Source: an uncultured delta proteobacterium
GTDB taxonomy: Bacteria > Desulfobacterota > Desulfobacteria > Desulfobacterales > JAHEIW01
Length of the DNA stretch: 64,000 nt
Assembly (NCBI GenBank): GCA_963706575.1
Contig: CAVPNL010000006.1
Span: 352,001 to 416,000, forward strand
Reading direction: 5' to 3'
This document shows, piece by piece, positions 30,715 through 39,978 of the stretch; position 1 is the stretch's first letter, and each line of letters begins with the position of its first letter. Made by a program: the position numbers and the translations under genes. The notes under the pieces are model-generated. The model searched no databases. It was not told the origin of the DNA and saw nothing but the letters and a program-made list of their open reading frames with translations.

Positions 30715-31666
30715 CTTTAACCCTGGCCAACCGTTCAATAATCAACACAGCAATAAACCCGCTGATTGCCAGAACCAGCGCCAGTAATACCTCAGCGCTC
30801 ATTTTTTCCGGAATTATGTTGGCACCCCAGATGACATGGGATTTTCCCCGAACGATTTTGGTTTCAAGTATTTCCTTCCACGGCCAGATTTTTGGCATGG
30901 AGCCAACCATCAGGCCGGTGAGAAATGCCATCGTGAGCTGGCGGAAATTTGTTAGTAAAAAATTGAGCAGCCGGGAAAAACTGAGCAGGCCGATCAGGCA
31001 TCCCAGGCAGAATATGATAATGATCATCAGGTTCTGGGGTAAAAAAGGATTTTTTAAAGTGGCGGTGATAAACTCGTATTTGCCTAAAATCAGCAATATA
31101 AACGCACCGCTGATGCCGGGCAGGATCATGGCGCAAATGGCGATGATTCCACACAGTAAAATAAACCAGAGCGCTTCTGGAGTGGTCACCGGCATTAAGT
31201 TTACAATGAAAGCGGCAACAACGGTTCCGACAACCAGGCTGATGCCGGTGCGGGGCTCCCAGGTTGCCACCTGCCGGCTAACGACCAATATGGATGCCGC
31301 AATAAGGCCAAAGAAAAGGCTCCAGGTAAATACCGGATAGTGATTCAGCAGAAAATTCATCAGTCGCGCCAGACTGATGATGGCGATACCGATTCCGACA
31401 AAAAGGGAAAGCAAAAAACGAATGTGAACGCCTGCCAGGGCGCCCTTCAGGTCAAAGGCGAGTGCTTTTTTAACCATTGTGGCGTCGATTGATTTCAGGG
31501 CGCCAATCAGATCTTCATAAATTCCGGTGATCAACGCAATCGTGCCGCCGGAAACACCGGGGATCACATCGGCTGATCCCATGCACAGCCCTTTTAGCGA
31601 TAAGAGCCCGGCTTTTTTGACAGAAGCCGGCCCCGGGCTGGCAAAAAACGCTTCTTTCCAGGTCAA
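30704..31666 (-). CDS. DUF368 membrane protein (undecaprenyl-phosphate translocase family)
   Basis: MGSADVIPGVSGGTIA and AMILPGISGAFILLILG repeats. Confidence 0.9.
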   Translation of the reverse strand: MTWKEAFFASPGPASVKKAGLLSLKGLCMGSADVIPGVSGGTIALITGIYEDLIGALKSIDATMVKKALAFDLKGALAGVHIRFLLSLFVGIGIAIISLARLMNFLLNHYPVFTWSLFFGLIAASILVVSRQVATWEPRTGISLVVGTVVAAFIVNLMPVTTPEALWFILLCGIIAICAMILPGISGAFILLILGKYEFITATLKNPFLPQNLMIIIIFCLGCLIGLLSFSRLLNFLLTNFRQLTMAFLTGLMVGSMPKIWPWKEILETKIVRGKSHVIWGANIIPEKMSAEVLLALVLAISGFIAVLIIERLARVKESD

Positions 31667-31719
31667 TTGTTTTTTGTCCTCCTTGAGCCCAAATCGGATA
31701 GAAATTCAACTTAGGGGCT

Positions 31720-32382
31720 TTATCTGTTTTCTTTCCAGCCGTGTGCCCCGATGAGTTTAACAAAGCGGCATCCTCCCAGGCTGGATTTATGGATACCCGC
31801 TTTATCCTTTGTAAACTTTATAAGATCCTGGGAGTACTGATTACCTACCGGCACCACAAGGCGTCCCCCTTCCGCCAGTTGTTTCAATAGCTTTTCAGGA
31901 ACCTCAGGAGCTCCTGCCGTCACAATAATAGCGTCAAATGGGCTTTCATCTTGCCACCCTGCAGTGCCGTCGCTGCAACGCATGACAACGTTGTGATAAT
32001 ACAGTCTGTCCAGCAGATTGCGGGCCTGTATATACAACGGACGGATTCTTTCAATAGTGTATACGCGATATGCGATTTCGGCCAAAACAGCTGCCTGGTA
32101 TCCTGAGCCAGTTCCGATTTCTAGAACCCGGTCATCTTCGCTAAGTTCCAGGGCCTGAGTCATTTCGGCAACGATATAGGGCTGGGAAATGGTTTGTTGT
32201 TCGCCAATGGGCAGCGGGTAATCCCCATAGGCCTGGTCTCTTAAAGCTTCACTGACAAACAAATGCCGGGGAACCACATGAAGTGCCTGCAAAACTTTAG
32301 GGTCTGTTATTCCACGAGATTCGATCTGGTGCTTGACCATCTCCTCCCGTTGGCGTGTGTATTTTATGGCTTCCTTGTTCAT
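31720..32382 (-). CDS. pcm: Protein-L-isoaspartate O-methyltransferase
   Basis: VPRHLFV, QTISQPYIV, VLEIGTGSGYQ, PFDAIIVTA. Confidence 0.95.
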   Translation of the reverse strand: MNKEAIKYTRQREEMVKHQIESRGITDPKVLQALHVVPRHLFVSEALRDQAYGDYPLPIGEQQTISQPYIVAEMTQALELSEDDRVLEIGTGSGYQAAVLAEIAYRVYTIERIRPLYIQARNLLDRLYYHNVVMRCSDGTAGWQDESPFDAIIVTAGAPEVPEKLLKQLAEGGRLVVPVGNQYSQDLIKFTKDKAGIHKSSLGGCRFVKLIGAHGWKENR

Positions 32383-32613
32383 GCCTGCTTTTCTACCAAC
32401 TCGGCCGGTTCAGGTCAAGATTATCCAGGGGCAGCTTTGATGATTTTTCTCTTTATCGCCAAATACAGGGCGGTTTTGACCGGTCCGGTACATTTTCGCT
32501 TCTAAGAAAAAGGCCTTGATCCTTTGATAAAATATTACAATAATCAAACTTATAAACCAAAAAGCAGATAATTTGACGAAGCGGGGATAGGTATTAAATG
32601 TCAGGCTACCGGG

Positions 32614-33201
32614 TCAGATTTTATAAATCACACGATTTTCGGTGATGATGATATCGACATGCTTGTCGTGAGATTCGATGGGGACCTGTGGGACGATTTG
32701 GGCTTCAAAGGCAAGGGCAACCTTACGGGTGGTGATGGCGAGTCTGGGTAGGAGCCGGTCATAATACCCTTTTCCGGAACCGATTCTGCCGCCTTTTTCA
32801 TCCAGGGCCACTGCCGGAATAATGGCAATGTCAATCTTATCGGTCGGAACGTCCTTGCAGCTGGATTCGTCCGGCTGCAAAATATCACGCGGACCCGGAA
32901 GCAGATCTTTTTCAAGATCATCGACTTTTTTCAGCTTCATTTCGAAATTTTCGGTTCTATAGGCCGGCAGGACAACGATTTTATTGTAAACATAGGCACG
33001 CTTGAGGATGTTTTCGGTTAGAACTTCATGCTCATTATTTACATATAAAAGGGTTATTTTTGATTCCAGGAAATTGGCAAAATCAAAGAGTCTGTTTTCA
33101 ATCGCTTTTGTTTTTTCAGCGATTTCTTTAGCCGATAGTCCGGCAAGTTTTTTGGCGATTTCCTCACGAATCTGGCTTTTGGCGATTTGGATTTCCTCCA
33201 T
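32614..33201 (-). CDS. ygfA: 5-formyltetrahydrofolate cyclo-ligase
   Basis: GGRIGSGKGYYDRLL, ESHDKHVDIIITE; GGAG RBS before MEEIQ. Confidence 0.9.
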   Translation of the reverse strand: MEEIQIAKSQIREEIAKKLAGLSAKEIAEKTKAIENRLFDFANFLESKITLLYVNNEHEVLTENILKRAYVYNKIVVLPAYRTENFEMKLKKVDDLEKDLLPGPRDILQPDESSCKDVPTDKIDIAIIPAVALDEKGGRIGSGKGYYDRLLPRLAITTRKVALAFEAQIVPQVPIESHDKHVDIIITENRVIYKI

Positions 33202-33382
33202 ATGACGACTCCAATGTACGATATTAAATATAATAAGGATAAAAAATGTCGGCAGTGCTAATCGCCAATAATCATTGACTATACCGCCCTGCCATGCTAA
33301 TTGCGCCAGTATTCGATTCTGGCGCCGACCCGTATGGTCGGAATTTTTAGCACCGTTAGAACCTTTTATTATAAGGAAAAAA

Positions 33383-34654
33383 ATGCTGGAAATCAAGTTT
33401 GTTAGACAAAATTTGGAAACTATTCAAAAGGCTCTGGAGGCGCGCGGCCAATCAGCCGATCTGGATGCCTTTAAAACGTGCGACGATAAGCGTCGCGCCA
33501 TATTGCAAGAACTCGAAGCCTTAAGGCATCAGCGTAATGTGGTTTCCGACCAGATTGCGGAAATGAAAAAGGCCGGTAACAATACTGATACCGTTGTCGC
33601 CAAAATGCGTAAGGTGTCATCAAATATTAAAGTGCTGGATAAAGAACTGACCGAAATCCTGGGGACATTCGACCAAATTTTACTGGGATTGCCAAACATC
33701 CCCCATGCGTCTGTGCCGCTGGGCAAGGATGAAACCGATAACCCCGTTATTAAAACGGTAGGTGATCCGCCGAATTTTGATTTTGAACCCAAACCACACT
33801 GGGATGTCGGCGCAACACTTGGCATCCTGGATTTTGAACGCGCGGCTAAAATTGCCGGGGCCCGCTTTCCGCTTTACTTCGGCGCCGGCGCCAGATTGGA
33901 AAGAGCGCTGATCAATTTTATGCTCGATATTCACACCCAGGCCCATGGATATACGGAAATACTGCCGCCCTTTATGGTTAACCGGCAGAGCATGACCCAT
34001 ACCGGACAGTTGCCCAAATTTGAAGAAGACCTTTTTAAGCTAGAGGGTTGGGATTATTTTCTGGTTCCCACTGCTGAGGTTCCGGTGACCAATATTCATC
34101 AGGATGAGGTCCTGGATGAAGCGCAGTTGCCGATTTACTATACCGCGTATACACCCTGCTTTAGATCCGAAGCCGGATCATACGGCAAAGACACCCGTGG
34201 GCTCATTCGCCAGCATCAATTTAACAAAGTTGAGCTGGTCAAATTCACCACCCCGCAAACCTCTTATGACGAACTTGAATCGCTGCTCGACAATGCCGAG
34301 ACCATATTAAGGAAACTTGAACTTCCATACCAGGTCATTGAGCTGTGTAGCGGCGACCTGGGATTTTCAGCCGCAAAAACCTATGATATCGAAGTCTGGA
34401 TGCCGGCTCAGGGGGTTTACCGCGAAATTTCATCCTGCAGCAATTTTGAAAATTTTCAAGCGCGGCGCGGCAATATCCGCTTTAAGAAAAAAGGCAAAAA
34501 AGGCACCGAGCATGTGCATACGCTCAACGGTTCCGGGCTGGCGGTGGGTCGGTGCGTGGCGGCAATCCTTGAAAATTTCCAGCAGGCCGATGGCAGTGTC
34601 CTTATCCCCGATGCCTTGCAAACTTATATGGGTGGACTGGAAAAAATAAAGTAA
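33383..34654 (+). CDS. serS: Serine--tRNA ligase
   Basis: [46 protein letters not shown]. Confidence 0.98.
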   Translation: MLEIKFVRQNLETIQKALEARGQSADLDAFKTCDDKRRAILQELEALRHQRNVVSDQIAEMKKAGNNTDTVVAKMRKVSSNIKVLDKELTEILGTFDQILLGLPNIPHASVPLGKDETDNPVIKTVGDPPNFDFEPKPHWDVGATLGILDFERAAKIAGARFPLYFGAGARLERALINFMLDIHTQAHGYTEILPPFMVNRQSMTHTGQLPKFEEDLFKLEGWDYFLVPTAEVPVTNIHQDEVLDEAQLPIYYTAYTPCFRSEAGSYGKDTRGLIRQHQFNKVELVKFTTPQTSYDELESLLDNAETILRKLELPYQVIELCSGDLGFSAAKTYDIEVWMPAQGVYREISSCSNFENFQARRGNIRFKKKGKKGTEHVHTLNGSGLAVGRCVAAILENFQQADGSVLIPDALQTYMGGLEKIK

Positions 34655-36156
34655 TGAAGCTGGATGATTTTCCCAAAGAGATTCGAGCTGCAATCCTACC
34701 CCGGCATGCCGGTCGACTGATTTATCGCTGTCTGGGCTGTAGCCGGGAATTCGGGATTGAGGAGCTTATGTACGTTTGCCCGGACTGCGGCCAGGTCCTT
34801 TTACTCCATGATTTGAATTTTAAGCAGTTGAGCCGGATACCGGGCACTCAGTGGCGGCGCATATTCGATTACCGCAAGCTGTTAAACATTCCGGCTCTGA
34901 AGGGTATCTATCGGTATCATGAGTTCATCGGTCCCGTCATACCGCTGGATGCTGCCGTTTATCTGGGTGAAGGCCATACCCCGGTGGTTGAGGCCAATGC
35001 GCTTTTGCAGGAAAAGGTGGGGCTGCGGTTTTATTTTAAGAATGACGGTCAGAACCCCAGTGCCTCTTTTAAAGATCGCGGCATGGCCAGCGCCCTGAGC
35101 TATATCAACATGATGGTGCGCGACGGTAAGGTTTCCGACGTGCTGGCTGTCTGTGCTTCGACCGGAGATACATCGGCTTCCGCCGCAATGTACGCATCTT
35201 ATTTAACGCCCCATATCAAATCCGCAGTGCTGCTGCCCCATAAAAAAGTTACCCCCCAGCAGCTTTCGCAGCCGCTCGGCAGTGGTGCGACCGTTTTTGA
35301 AATTCCCGGCGTTTTTGATGATTGCATGAAGGTGGTCGAGGCGCTGTCGGAAAATTACAATGTCGTGCTTTTAAATTCAAAAAATGCCTGGCGGATTTTG
35401 GGTCAGGAATCATACTGTTATGAAATTGCCCAGGAGTTTGAATATGAGGTGTCGAACATGGTGGTGGTGGTGCCGATTGGCAATGCCGGCAATATTACCG
35501 CCCTAATGAGCGGTTTTATAAAATTTATGGACGCCGGTGTAATCGACGGTCTCCCTAAAATTTTGGGGGTGCAATCCGAACACGCCAATCCTGTATACCG
35601 ATATTATCTGGAGCCGGACCGCAATAAACGCAAATTTATGCCGGTGACCGTAAAACCCAGCGTGGCCCAGGCGGCGATGATCGGCAACCCGGTCTCCATG
35701 CCCCGCGTGATTCATCTGGTGGAAAGATATAATCAGCTGGCCGGCGGGCAGCGGGTTTTCTTTGTTGAGGTCAGCGAACAGGACATCATGGATTGGGAAA
35801 TCATTGCCAACCGCAACGGGCACATCGCCTGCACCCACGGGGGAGAATCACTGGCCGGACTGGTTGAGGCCATTCGCCGCGGTGTTATAGACAAAAATGA
35901 CACCGCCGTCGTTAAATCGACCGCCCATGCGCTCAAATTTAGCGGATTTCAGGAGATGTATTTTGCGCAGCAGTTCCCGCCGGAGTTTAACATTAAGCCT
36001 GAACCGGAACTGATCAATAGGCCTGCATATATTCATCCGAAAGATCTTAAACGCGTACCAGCGCCCGGCAAACCCTTAAACGAAAAGGATTTTAAAATCT
36101 TTATCCGTCGAGTGTCCGAAGAAATTGCGGGTCTTTTGGATCTAAAAAAACGTTAA
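34654..36156 (+). CDS. thrC: Threonine synthase
   Basis: NPSASFKDRG PLP-lysine motif, ASTGDTS, PIGNAGN; N-terminal CxxC/CxxC. Confidence 0.92.
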   Translation: MKLDDFPKEIRAAILPRHAGRLIYRCLGCSREFGIEELMYVCPDCGQVLLLHDLNFKQLSRIPGTQWRRIFDYRKLLNIPALKGIYRYHEFIGPVIPLDAAVYLGEGHTPVVEANALLQEKVGLRFYFKNDGQNPSASFKDRGMASALSYINMMVRDGKVSDVLAVCASTGDTSASAAMYASYLTPHIKSAVLLPHKKVTPQQLSQPLGSGATVFEIPGVFDDCMKVVEALSENYNVVLLNSKNAWRILGQESYCYEIAQEFEYEVSNMVVVVPIGNAGNITALMSGFIKFMDAGVIDGLPKILGVQSEHANPVYRYYLEPDRNKRKFMPVTVKPSVAQAAMIGNPVSMPRVIHLVERYNQLAGGQRVFFVEVSEQDIMDWEIIANRNGHIACTHGGESLAGLVEAIRRGVIDKNDTAVVKSTAHALKFSGFQEMYFAQQFPPEFNIKPEPELINRPAYIHPKDLKRVPAPGKPLNEKDFKIFIRRVSEEIAGLLDLKKR

Positions 36157-36171
36157 GTGAGGTAAATAATA

Positions 36172-36939
36172 ATGAAACGAAATATTTTAATCTGGATCGG
36201 ATGTACCGTTTTGATGATGGCCTTGGCATCCTGTGTGTCGCAAAATCAGGAGACTAAAGAAAAGGAAGCAAATGCTTACCGGCGAGTAGGCGAAGCTTAT
36301 CTGCAGCAGGGAAATTTTCCGGCCGCCATGAAGGAGCTTAAAAAGGCTGAAGCGAAAATCCCGGATGACCACCTGCTGCAATATGATCTGGGGCTTGTGT
36401 ACTTCCGTCTCGGAAAATTTGACGAGGCCATTGATCACTACAACAGGGCCCTGAAGCTGAGCCCAAATTATGGACCGGCGATGAACGGTCTGGGAAATGC
36501 TTATGCCGGAAAAGAAGATTGGGGTCAGGCAATCTTATATTATAAAAAAGTAATAGAAGACGTTCTCTATGCCACGCCCCATATTGCCTACTCGAATCTG
36601 GGCAATGCCTATTACTACAAGGGCGACCTGGAACGCTCGGAAAAATATTATCTAGCGGCGTTAGATGCCAAGCCTGATTTTATCGCCGCCCTTGCGGGTC
36701 TCTCTGAAACCTATATTGCCACGGGCCGCATACCCGAGGCGGTTGGAAAATTGGAAAAAGCGGTTCGAATAGCCCCGGATTCTGCTGTGCTGCATTTTCA
36801 ACTGGGCAGAGCCTATCAGCTGGCACTGGAGTTTGAAAAGGCCTATCGTTCATATCAGCAGGTCGTTCGGCTGGCTCCGGATTCTGCGCTGGCCGACCAG
36901 GCCGAGAAGGCGGGCAGGGAAGTCAAGAAGCTGTTTTAG
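36172..36939 (+). CDS. TPR lipoprotein, PilF/Tgl-like secretin pilotin
   Basis: Lipobox LASC, tandem TPRs, YATPHIAYSNLG; convergent on pilQ. Confidence 0.75.
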   Translation: MKRNILIWIGCTVLMMALASCVSQNQETKEKEANAYRRVGEAYLQQGNFPAAMKELKKAEAKIPDDHLLQYDLGLVYFRLGKFDEAIDHYNRALKLSPNYGPAMNGLGNAYAGKEDWGQAILYYKKVIEDVLYATPHIAYSNLGNAYYYKGDLERSEKYYLAALDAKPDFIAALAGLSETYIATGRIPEAVGKLEKAVRIAPDSAVLHFQLGRAYQLALEFEKAYRSYQQVVRLAPDSALADQAEKAGREVKKLF

Positions 36940-36950
36940 GCATTTTTGTT

Positions 36951-37062
36951 TTTACCACAGAGGGCACAGAGAACACAGAGATTAAATACTTTTCGTGGAG
37001 AAGATTTTAAAATTAATTCCTTTTATTTTTCTCTGTGCGCTCTGCGATCTCTGTGGTGAAAA
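36951..37062. repeat. CACRRAG 9-mer inverted-array element, copy 2
   Basis: accacagagggcacagagaacacagag ... ctctgtgcgctctgcgatctctgtggtg. Confidence 0.75.
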
Positions 37063-37080
37063 AAGTCGTTTGATTTTGGC

Positions 37081-37136
37081 AAAAAAAATGCGAATCCGGT
37101 ATTGGGTTTTACCAAACGTGGATCCGCATTTTTTTT
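37081..37136. terminator. Candidate bidirectional terminator
   Basis: A8-tgcg.atcc...ttgg/ccaa...ggat.cgca-T8 between convergent genes. Confidence 0.6.
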
Positions 37137-37191
37137 GGGTGCTATCTTCTGGGTTGCCGAACCGGTGTTGCCGGTGCCGGTTTATTATGAT

Positions 37192-39978
37192 TTAGGACAG
37201 GCTTTTTTGTTCCAGCTGAACGATGCTCGGGGTCAGAAAGATCAATAATTCATTTTTGTCATCGGTTTCCTTCTGATATTTAAACAGCCAGCCCAGGACG
37301 CCCAATTTGCGTAATCCCGGTACGCCCCTTTCTCCCCAGTTAACGGTGGATTTTAAGATGCCGCCAATCACAATCGTGTCGCCGTCATCCACTATGATCT
37401 CGGTATTGGCCTCGTTGGTCGATAAGGCAGGTCCAACGTCTGTCTGCCGGAAAATATCATTCTTGGTGAGGTAGATCTTCACTGAAATCCGATTATCCGG
37501 GGTTACGGTCGGGGTGACCTCGAGCAACAGATCGACATCCCTAAATTTCGTGGTCTCCCTACCGGAAGAATCTCGCTCGACATAAGGTACTTCAAAGCCC
37601 TGCTTTATCTTGGCTTTTTTGTTGTCCAGGGTGACAACTTTGGGTGAGGATATGATGTTGGTTTTGCCTTCGATTTCGGCGGAGGACAGCAGAGCATCAA
37701 GGACGAACGAGGTGCCACTGGTTTTTGTAAGGCTGGTAAAAAATACACCGGTTGGGTTCGCGTCGGCGGGAATCGTATCGGTTAAAAACCTGGTGGGTCC
37801 GAATTCCCAGCTGCTTGTGTAGGGAATATCAAATGTGCCGAGTTCTGCCACTATGTTGACGCCGATTTCTCTTGTAAAATTGGTGTTGGCCTCAACAACA
37901 CGGGCCTCGATAATGACCTGGGGCGTAACCATATCGATCTTTTGCACAATTTGCTTGGCCTGTTGAATTTTTACGGCCGTATCCGTGATGATGACCTGGT
38001 TGTTGCGGGTATCCACATTGGCCTTGCCGCGGCCCTCGGTCAGGATGGCCTGCACATGCGGCAGCACCTCGGTGGTGGCATTGGAATAGCTTATCGGTAG
38101 GTATTCGGTATACAGCGGCTCGAGCGCTACGGCCTGCTGTTGAGCCTGCTCGGACGCTTTTAACTGGGCCTGTATGAGTTTTTCTTCCTGGGCCAGCGTG
38201 GCCAGGGTGGCAATCCGGATGACATCGCCTTTTCTGGTCATGCCAAGCTGGTTCATTTTCAACACCAGGTCCAGGACCTGGTCCCAGGGAGCCGGTTTTT
38301 CAAGGGTGAGGGTGACCTTGCCGGTGACATTTTTGTCGATCGCAAAATTTTTACCGCTGATTTCTCGCAGGATGCGAAAGACGTTTCTGATATCGGTATC
38401 AAAGAAATCAAGGGCGATTTTTTCCCCGGTGTATTCTTTTCCCTGCATCTGGGCCGCCAAACGCTCTTCAGCGGTTTGGGCTTCGGCTGCTTTTTGAACC
38501 GGCAACTTGTCCCCCGCCTTTTCCGCCGGCGCTTGGGCCCGGGCGATTTTGTCTTTTTCGGCTTTCTCCGCAGGCGCTACAGCCGCCTCGGCCAGAACTT
38601 TTTTCCACTCCGGCAGATCGGCATCTTCGTACGGCTTCGGAGGGATGGAAGAAGCCGCAAAGTTGACCCGCAACTCAGTGTCATCTTGTTTGATGGTATA
38701 GGCAACCGCTTCACGCAGTTCGATAGTGAACAGCGAATCGCCTTTCATTTCGGCAGTCTGGATCGGCGTTACCCGGTCCACCGCGCTTTCAAAGCGGGTG
38801 GTGATCAGGGCCCGCTTGCGATATTCGGGCAGGCTGGTATTAAACAGCTTCAGTTGCAGCCGCTTGGCAGCCACTTTTTTAAGATCATATTTGATCGCAA
38901 CCGTGGTGCCGATGATCAGTGATGATTTGCCGGCTTCCTCACTTGAAAAATCAATGCGATTCACCCAGGCCGGCTTTCCCGATACAGCCACGGTGGTCTT
39001 AGCGGGTGTGGTTTTCGGTGCTTGTTTTGCGGCTGCCGCGGGTTTGGAAGGTTTTTGCGCCACCGTCTCTTTTTCTTTTTCGCTGACGGCTGCCTTGGGA
39101 CTTTGCTGCGTAGGTGTTTGCGGCACTTTGCCGATATGAATCATCAACCCGTTGGCCGTGGGTGAAGCCGAATATTTTGCCAGAGACGCTTTGGAAGTAT
39201 CGAGCACCAGCCGAACTTTTTGCGGATAACCAAAATGGCGAACCTGGTTGACCCAAGGAGATTTAACCGCCAGGCGCTGCTCTTTTTTAAACGGGCTTTT
39301 AAGCTTGAACATGTCAATTACAATGCGGGGCTGATTGCCGTCTATGGTAAAGGATTTATAATCTTTGATGGCCCCATCGGCCTTAACATTGACGACCACG
39401 TTGTCTTTTAATGGTGTGGCCGTAACCGATTTTAATTGACTGGCGGCCGGAAGATCTTTTACAGACGGCTGCGGTGCAGGTTGAGGTTCAGGTAATTTTT
39501 TTACCACCGGCGCCGGGGGTGCGGCTGCGCTGGCAGCGGCTTTTGGAAATGACACCTGCAGTCCTGAATCCTGAGGATTGAGGTCATAGGGCGCATCGGC
39601 TTTCATTGCAATGAAAATGCGCGAGGTGGTCGATTCGCCTTCGACAAGTTCGGTAGCTTTTACCGAACCGATGATTTCATTTTGCGGCGGCGTCGCTACG
39701 GTCTCATCGGTGGCCAGGGAGGTTTGCGGGAAATGAAACAGCACACCCATGGGAAACACCTGTTTAATCGCCGTATAGGTTAACGTTTGGTTTCCATCGA
39801 TGGTGACAATCACCGAATCAGCGGTCACCTCGGTGCTAATGCCGGTAATGCGCTTGGCCCCCGCGGCTTTTCCATCGGCAGCCTTGTTGGAGGCGCATCC
39901 GCCAAACCATGCCATTACTGCAAACAGCAAAATGATCAGTAAGAAAAATCTTCGTCGAATGGTAAGTGGATTCATCAT
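37192..39978 (-). CDS. pilQ: Type IV pilus secretin, downstream copy
   Basis: Lipobox-like FGGC, AMIN-like domains, YTGEKIALDF, PQVIIEARVVE, GDTIVIGGI, ELLIFLTP. Confidence 0.93.
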   Translation of the reverse strand: MMNPLTIRRRFFLLIILLFAVMAWFGGCASNKAADGKAAGAKRITGISTEVTADSVIVTIDGNQTLTYTAIKQVFPMGVLFHFPQTSLATDETVATPPQNEIIGSVKATELVEGESTTSRIFIAMKADAPYDLNPQDSGLQVSFPKAAASAAAPPAPVVKKLPEPQPAPQPSVKDLPAASQLKSVTATPLKDNVVVNVKADGAIKDYKSFTIDGNQPRIVIDMFKLKSPFKKEQRLAVKSPWVNQVRHFGYPQKVRLVLDTSKASLAKYSASPTANGLMIHIGKVPQTPTQQSPKAAVSEKEKETVAQKPSKPAAAAKQAPKTTPAKTTVAVSGKPAWVNRIDFSSEEAGKSSLIIGTTVAIKYDLKKVAAKRLQLKLFNTSLPEYRKRALITTRFESAVDRVTPIQTAEMKGDSLFTIELREAVAYTIKQDDTELRVNFAASSIPPKPYEDADLPEWKKVLAEAAVAPAEKAEKDKIARAQAPAEKAGDKLPVQKAAEAQTAEERLAAQMQGKEYTGEKIALDFFDTDIRNVFRILREISGKNFAIDKNVTGKVTLTLEKPAPWDQVLDLVLKMNQLGMTRKGDVIRIATLATLAQEEKLIQAQLKASEQAQQQAVALEPLYTEYLPISYSNATTEVLPHVQAILTEGRGKANVDTRNNQVIITDTAVKIQQAKQIVQKIDMVTPQVIIEARVVEANTNFTREIGVNIVAELGTFDIPYTSSWEFGPTRFLTDTIPADANPTGVFFTSLTKTSGTSFVLDALLSSAEIEGKTNIISSPKVVTLDNKKAKIKQGFEVPYVERDSSGRETTKFRDVDLLLEVTPTVTPDNRISVKIYLTKNDIFRQTDVGPALSTNEANTEIIVDDGDTIVIGGILKSTVNWGERGVPGLRKLGVLGWLFKYQKETDDKNELLIFLTPSIVQLEQKSLS

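Noticed and set aside
33202..33382. 6S RNA (often upstream of ygfA) or a T-box leader before serS
   Set aside because: Only ~180 bp shared by divergent genes; no long rod-like stem or T-box motif seen
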